IMG/VR virus record: IMGVR_UViG_3300033562_001394
Coordinates: 1 to 37,530 of that record
Reading direction: 5' to 3' (one strand)
DNA: 37,530 nt
Origin: a virus
Taxonomy: Duplodnaviria; Caudoviricetes
Shown here: piece after piece, positions 35,816 to 37,530 of the stretch
Numbering within the stretch: position 1 is the stretch's first letter
Layout of the letters: each line of letters opens with the position of its first letter
Notes under the pieces: model-generated
The model's input: the letters and a program-made list of their open reading frames with translations, nothing else
Told to the model about the DNA's origin: nothing
Databases searched by the model: none
Position numbers and translations under genes: made by a program

Positions 35816-36592
35816 ATGAAAAAAGCTATTTTTGGATATTTAGGCGGTAAATCTCAACTTTCCAAACTCATTATTCCCCTTATTCCCGAACACACCTGTT
35901 ATGTTGAACCTTTTTGTGGAGCAGCGTGGGTATTTTTTAAGAAAAATCCTTCAAAAACAGAGATTTTAAATGACTTAAATGGCGAATTGGTGAATTTATA
36001 CCGTGTAATTCGTGATGATTTTGGAAAGTTTGTGCGTTATTTTAGGGGCATACCCATTGCCCGCGAGCAGTTTAACTATTTCAAAAGCCAACGTATTGAT
36101 TTAATTGATGATCCGATTGAACGAGCCGCCCGTTTTTTCTATCTATTACGGACATCTTACGGCTCAAAAACCTTTAAACCAACGCTTTCTATTACACACA
36201 GTCGCCCTTCAAATTTAAATTTACTCACCTTGAAACGAGAAATTATGCGCGGACAACAACGGCTTGCGCGGGTTTATTTAGAAAACCTACCTTATTTTAA
36301 GGTCATCGAACGCTACGATCGCACTGACACTTTCTTTTATATTGATCCGCCGTATTGGAATTGCGAGGATTATTATGGGGAAGGCTTGTTTGAAAGGGCA
36401 GATTTTGAACGGATGCGCGATTTATTGTTGAAAATAAAAGGAAAATTTATCATGAGTTTGAATGACTTGCCCGACGTGCGGCGGGTTTTTGGCGATTTTA
36501 ATTTCAAATCCGTTACCGTCCGCTACAGCGTGCAAACAGGTAGCGCTAAAATTATTCCCCGCTTCAGCGAAGTCTTGATTTCTAACTTTTAA
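35816..36592 (+). CDS. Dam-like (D12 class) N6-adenine DNA methyltransferase at the mom position
   Basis: YLGGKS, YVEPFCG, ILND and FYIDPPY motifs. Confidence 0.93.
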   Translation: MKKAIFGYLGGKSQLSKLIIPLIPEHTCYVEPFCGAAWVFFKKNPSKTEILNDLNGELVNLYRVIRDDFGKFVRYFRGIPIAREQFNYFKSQRIDLIDDPIERAARFFYLLRTSYGSKTFKPTLSITHSRPSNLNLLTLKREIMRGQQRLARVYLENLPYFKVIERYDRTDTFFYIDPPYWNCEDYYGEGLFERADFERMRDLLLKIKGKFIMSLNDLPDVRRVFGDFNFKSVTVRYSVQTGSAKIIPRFSEVLISNF

Positions 36593-36615
36593 ATTGTTCA
36601 TACTTTTATAGGGGA

Positions 36616-36647
36616 AAAAGCTAGCCTTCGGGTTGGCTTTTTTTATG
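36616..36647. terminator. Intrinsic terminator
   Basis: AAAAGCTAGCC-TTCG-GGTTGGCTTTTTTT. Confidence 0.8.
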
Positions 36648-36788
36648 CCACATGGTTAGAATATGCACGGTCGCGTACAAAAAAATCTACGGGTTTTTGC
36701 CTTGCTGACTACCTCAGAATCCACCACAATCGCCCATTTTTAAAATTTAAGAGGGCACTTAAAATTTAAGCCCGCCGGCTTAAAAATT

Positions 36789-36936
36789 CCAGTCGCAAAC
36801 CAGTTGGCAATAAATCGGGATTTAACAAAAACCAGTCGCAAACCAGTTGGCACGACCCCGCCCGCAATCCCGCATTATACCGTCATATTCCATAATATCC
36901 CGCCTCCCCCAGTCGCAAACCACCTGCCCGCTTACA
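36789..36936 (-). repeat. Right end (attR) with three transposase-binding repeats
   Basis: CCAGTCGCAAACCAGTTGGCA at 36789 and 36832; CCAGTCGCAAACCACCTGCCC at 36909; terminal TTACA. Confidence 0.85.
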
Positions 36937-36944
36937 GTTAAATA
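36937..36944 (+). repeat. Target-site duplication, right copy GTTAAATA
   Basis: Immediately follows the terminal CA; identical to 556-563. Confidence 0.85.
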
Positions 36945-36995
36945 TACATTAGTACTATAATATCACTTTTGTTGATACAGATAAAGACAACCACC

Positions 36996-37154
36996 ATGAG
37001 TGCGAAAGTCACAAATTTCTATATTAAGAAACAGGACACCAAAGGCACACCCCGCCTTGTGTTATGGATACTTTCAGAATGTGCCGAAGAACTTAAAAAC
37101 AAACCTAAAAATCAAACTGTTAAAACAGATTTTGATGATGATGTGCCATTTTAG
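36996..37154 (+). CDS. 52-aa protein with SSB-like acidic tail (DFDDDVPF), flanking element
   Basis: C-terminus matches the SSB C-terminal peptide DFDDDIPF; too short for an OB fold. Confidence 0.55.
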   Translation: MSAKVTNFYIKKQDTKGTPRLVLWILSECAEELKNKPKNQTVKTDFDDDVPF

Positions 37155-37164
37155 GAGAAAAAAA

Positions 37165-37419
37165 ATGAGTAACCATGAGTTAATTGATGTAAGAGCAACT
37201 ACTGTCCCTTTTTGGCAAATCAGTGAAATTAAAAATGCCATTCGTGCAATTAGAACTTATGAATATATCATTGCGGAAAATTTAAAACAATATCAAAGAT
37301 TTGTTTCTATAAATCCTATTGATATTAAAACAACCATGCAAATGGATAATCTTGTTGGAACTCTCGAAAATCTTAGAGTTTATAACTCAAATCATTACCA
37401 ATCAATTCAAAGAAATTGA
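37165..37419 (+). CDS. Hypothetical protein, flanking element
   Basis: AGGAG RBS. Confidence 0.55.
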   Translation: MSNHELIDVRATTVPFWQISEIKNAIRAIRTYEYIIAENLKQYQRFVSINPIDIKTTMQMDNLVGTLENLRVYNSNHYQSIQRN

Positions 37420-37487
37420 GATTTATTTAACATAGAATCTGCTTTATTAGCATTATTACCCAGTAAAGAACTTTAGGAGAAAACATC

Positions 37488-37530
37488 ATGAAACTTGAAT
37501 TAAACAAAATCCGTGTCGACGGTGGTACAC
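37488..37530 (+). CDS. Start of a possible ParB-like phage protein (truncated)
   Basis: AGGAG RBS; MKLELNKIRVDGGT resembles the IR.DGGTQ start of phage ParB-like proteins. Confidence 0.45.
   Translation, partial: MKLELNKIRVDGGT

Larger units (their letters stand above)
564..36936 (+). mobile_element. Mu-like transposable prophage, apparently complete
   Basis: TGTA...TACA termini; 18/27 identity between the left end and the reverse complement of the right end; flanking direct repeat; MuA, Gam, GemA, Mor, MuF, head and tail genes. Confidence 0.93.

Noticed and set aside
1811-36672. GCACGGWC as a genome-wide regulatory motif (1811, 1850, 2012, 35780, 36665)
   Set aside because: It also occurs inside coding regions (30761, 35285) and is too short to support beyond the two early-promoter copies
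555-36948. Alternative ends (TG at 555, CA at 36948) with a 5-bp TSD
   Set aside because: The flanks TGCGT and TTAGT do not match, and terminal similarity aligns only for 564/36936

Overview
Almost the whole window (564-36936, about 36.4 kb) is one apparently complete Mu-like transposable prophage with a siphovirus-type tail. It has TG...CA termini, repeated transposase-binding sites, repressor, Ner-like gene, DDE transposase, Rha, Gam, HU, GemA, Mor, terminase, portal, MuF, a protease-capsid fusion, tail genes and a terminal Dam-like methyltransferase. It sits in what looks like the immunity region of a second phage-like element: a CI-like repressor on the left, and small genes with an SSB-like tail and a ParB-like start on the right. 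The most unusual points are: (1) an exact 8-bp target-site duplication (GTTAAATA) rather than the 5-6 bp known for Mu-family transposases; (2) no MuB AAA+ ATPase, its usual position being taken by a small AP2-like protein with tandem repeats and a C4-antisense-controlled Rha cassette; (3) the insertion appears to split a promoter of the resident element; (4) the Mor-lysis-packaging block is inverted, so mor is a stand-alone gene between two divergent late promoters sharing a 19-bp motif; (5) no recognisable endolysin. All protein calls come from motif recognition and synteny, not from database searches.
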